From Takakia lepidozioides (taxonomy: Eukaryota > Plantae > Bryophyta), in contig JAKLZA010000138.1 in assembly GCA_030704615.1 (NCBI GenBank), positions 1 through 9,000 on the forward strand: 9,000 bases of DNA, given 5' to 3'. Made by a program: the position numbers and the translations under genes. This document shows positions 7,145-9,000 of the stretch, in pieces. Position 1 is the stretch's first letter; each line of letters starts with the position of its first letter. A model generated the notes under the pieces. That model had not been told where the DNA came from and made no database searches. It was given only the letters and a program-made list of their open reading frames with translations.

Positions 7145-7879
7145 ATAAACAGTCAAGTTTGACATGGAATCCTCCAAAATTGAGAAAATATGATGTCAAC
7201 GATGATGTTTTGGGTGGGTCCGATAGTTGTAGAGTCGAGATGTGTCCCATTCTTGTAGCCAAGCCAAGTGTAAATTAAGTTCGTGCAAAGTGCCACGGAC
7301 CGCCCCACTTGTTATGTGAAGTTTTTAACCCTTTACTGCCGATCTCTGGTGTGCCTTGTAAGCAACGTTCATGTGTAAAACATGATCGAGGGGGATTAAT
7401 ATCCGCTAAATGAATGGCAAGTGTGCCCTTTCCAGTGATGGGCGCTAAGAAATTTGACTTGTTTTTCACGGGTAGCTATCTTTGGCACCCTTCAACGATG
7501 AAGGGTAAGATGAAGGGTAAGAATGTAGAGCACCCTTCACACCACACACTACATAGAGTAGTTTGCAGAATTTGGGATTCGTAACCTTCAGGAACAAACC
7601 GCTTCGAGTGAATTGGCAGCAGATAAGTACTACACTATTGTTTGTCATTTACAACATGCTACAATCTCAACATCCTCTGCTTGTTCACGAAGTTCCCCTT
7701 TGTATTAACGACAAATCAATGAGAGCAGGCCAGTTCTGGTCACACTACCGCTACCTACTACTTTACACACCCCTTTAGTCTGATCATTGTCCATACAGCG
7801 TATTTTGAACCATTGGCCAGCATCGGTCGAAAAATACGGAACAAATTTCAAATCATCCCATGTATGCATACATGCGTAC

Positions 7880-9000
7880 TGTATGAATCTGAAGTTGAGG
7901 GGCAGCAGTCGCCTCTAAACCACTCCTGCATAATTAAGGACCAGTCATAGGGGCAGCCGCCTGAATAAGTTTCTAGCATGTGTGACTGTAACGCTATCAC
8001 ATATACACATCAAACATATCAAACTGTACTTTTCAGCTTTCAAACTTTGGCCTCCACCAAATCATAAGAAGCCTCTCCAAACTTCTGCGGTCGATTTGTC
8101 TCGAAAAATTGAGGTGATAGCAAGGCAAGGTAGTGTCGCCTCTCTCATATGGTCAGTTTTGTGGGATAGTAAGTCATGGTGCTTCTGTATGCCCAGAGGG
8201 AGAGTTTTTGAATGCAACCTGCGAGTATAGTGGCCACTCGCAAACAGAGGCTTGCTTAAACTATATCGGCTGATGGCCCCTTGAATGTATGTTATTCCTA
8301 CCCTTTTGTGAGTACTTATTGGCACATGGGCAGCAAATGAATCCTGATGAAGCTTCCTCTCGATCACAAAATACATCTGGTCGCAGGTGGCCTGCAATGA
8401 CATGAGGATCTCGAACATCAATAATAACTTTGAGTTGAAGAGCTTGGGATGGATGGTCCGCCGTTGGGATGATTGTACAGCAGGGAGAAAAAATTAAAGG
8501 AGCTAACCGTCGTTTTACTCATAAACTGCTCGGTGGACTTCAACAGGCTTCGAATCATCTCTCGGGAAACTAAATCTCATCAGTCTGGAAGGTGACACGA
8601 TTTGGACCCCACTCGGACTTTTGGGGCCATGCTGCCTTGCTTTCGTTGAATATTTCTATATCATTTTATATGCACTCACACGACCCCCACCACCGATCAA
8701 TTGTCAATGTCACAAAAGCATGTGCGGCATATTTATCAAGAGGAGAATCGACCGGTTTTCAGATTTCTACGCAGTGAAAATCTCGCAGGCTTCAAATTGC
8801 AAGAGCTCTACCGTTCTATCATACTTTCGATGCCACCGGTTGACTTCCTCACGAAATGATCAACTAAAGTTGTCCAGCTCTAAAAACATAAGAGACGGAC
8901 AATGCAACGGAAGGAGAAGTGAAAGGGCTCCATACAAAGAGAATTTGTAAGACTCTCCATACTCCGACTTCTTTCTCCTTGGGCCTTTATGAGGGCAAGA
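7880..9000 (-). pseudogene. Probable degraded multi-exon gene of unknown product
   Basis: Candidate GT-AG introns at 8935-8880 (56 nt), 8507-8392 (116 nt), 8301-8219 (83 nt) and 8045-7961 (85 nt). Exons 8391-8302 and 8218-8046 splice in a consistent phase to give DGHLRPDVFCDREEASSGFICCPCANKYSQKGCIQKLSLWAY...TI*ERRHYLALLSPQFFETNRPQKFGEASYDLVEAK. There are several stops and frameshifts, and I recognise no family. Confidence 0.33.

Noticed and set aside
8062-8950. ORFs 8062-8421 (minus) and 8621-8950 (plus) as real CDSs
   Set aside because: The first runs through candidate introns in a different frame from the spliced reading. The second is antisense to the relic. Neither has recognisable motifs.

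Overview
This looks like eukaryotic, repeat- and transposon-rich genomic DNA. Short GT-AG introns and a Ty3/Gypsy remnant suggest a compact plant-like genome (inference only). There are no prokaryotic operon, rRNA, tRNA or CRISPR features. (1) The main gene is on the minus strand at 2712-3915. It encodes two tandem ubiquitin-like domains ending in RLRGG, a Cys/Trp-rich domain and a C-terminal RING-H2 finger. It is split by an apparent 2-nt deletion at about 3177 and has two in-frame stops near its 5' end, so it is either a young pseudogene or an assembly error. (2) A decayed Ty3/Gypsy gag fragment lies at about 5670-6058 (minus). (3) Positions 6287-7144 hold two head-to-tail cassettes with 10-11 bp terminal inverted repeats and ACAAG-like 5-mers at the junctions. 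They are filled with about 100-bp tandem units, each carrying a hairpin. (4) Positions 1-1956 are a motif-rich, probably non-coding LTR/TE-like block with two long inverted repeats. (5) A probable degraded multi-exon gene lies on the minus strand at about 7880-9000. Most other listed ORFs look spurious.
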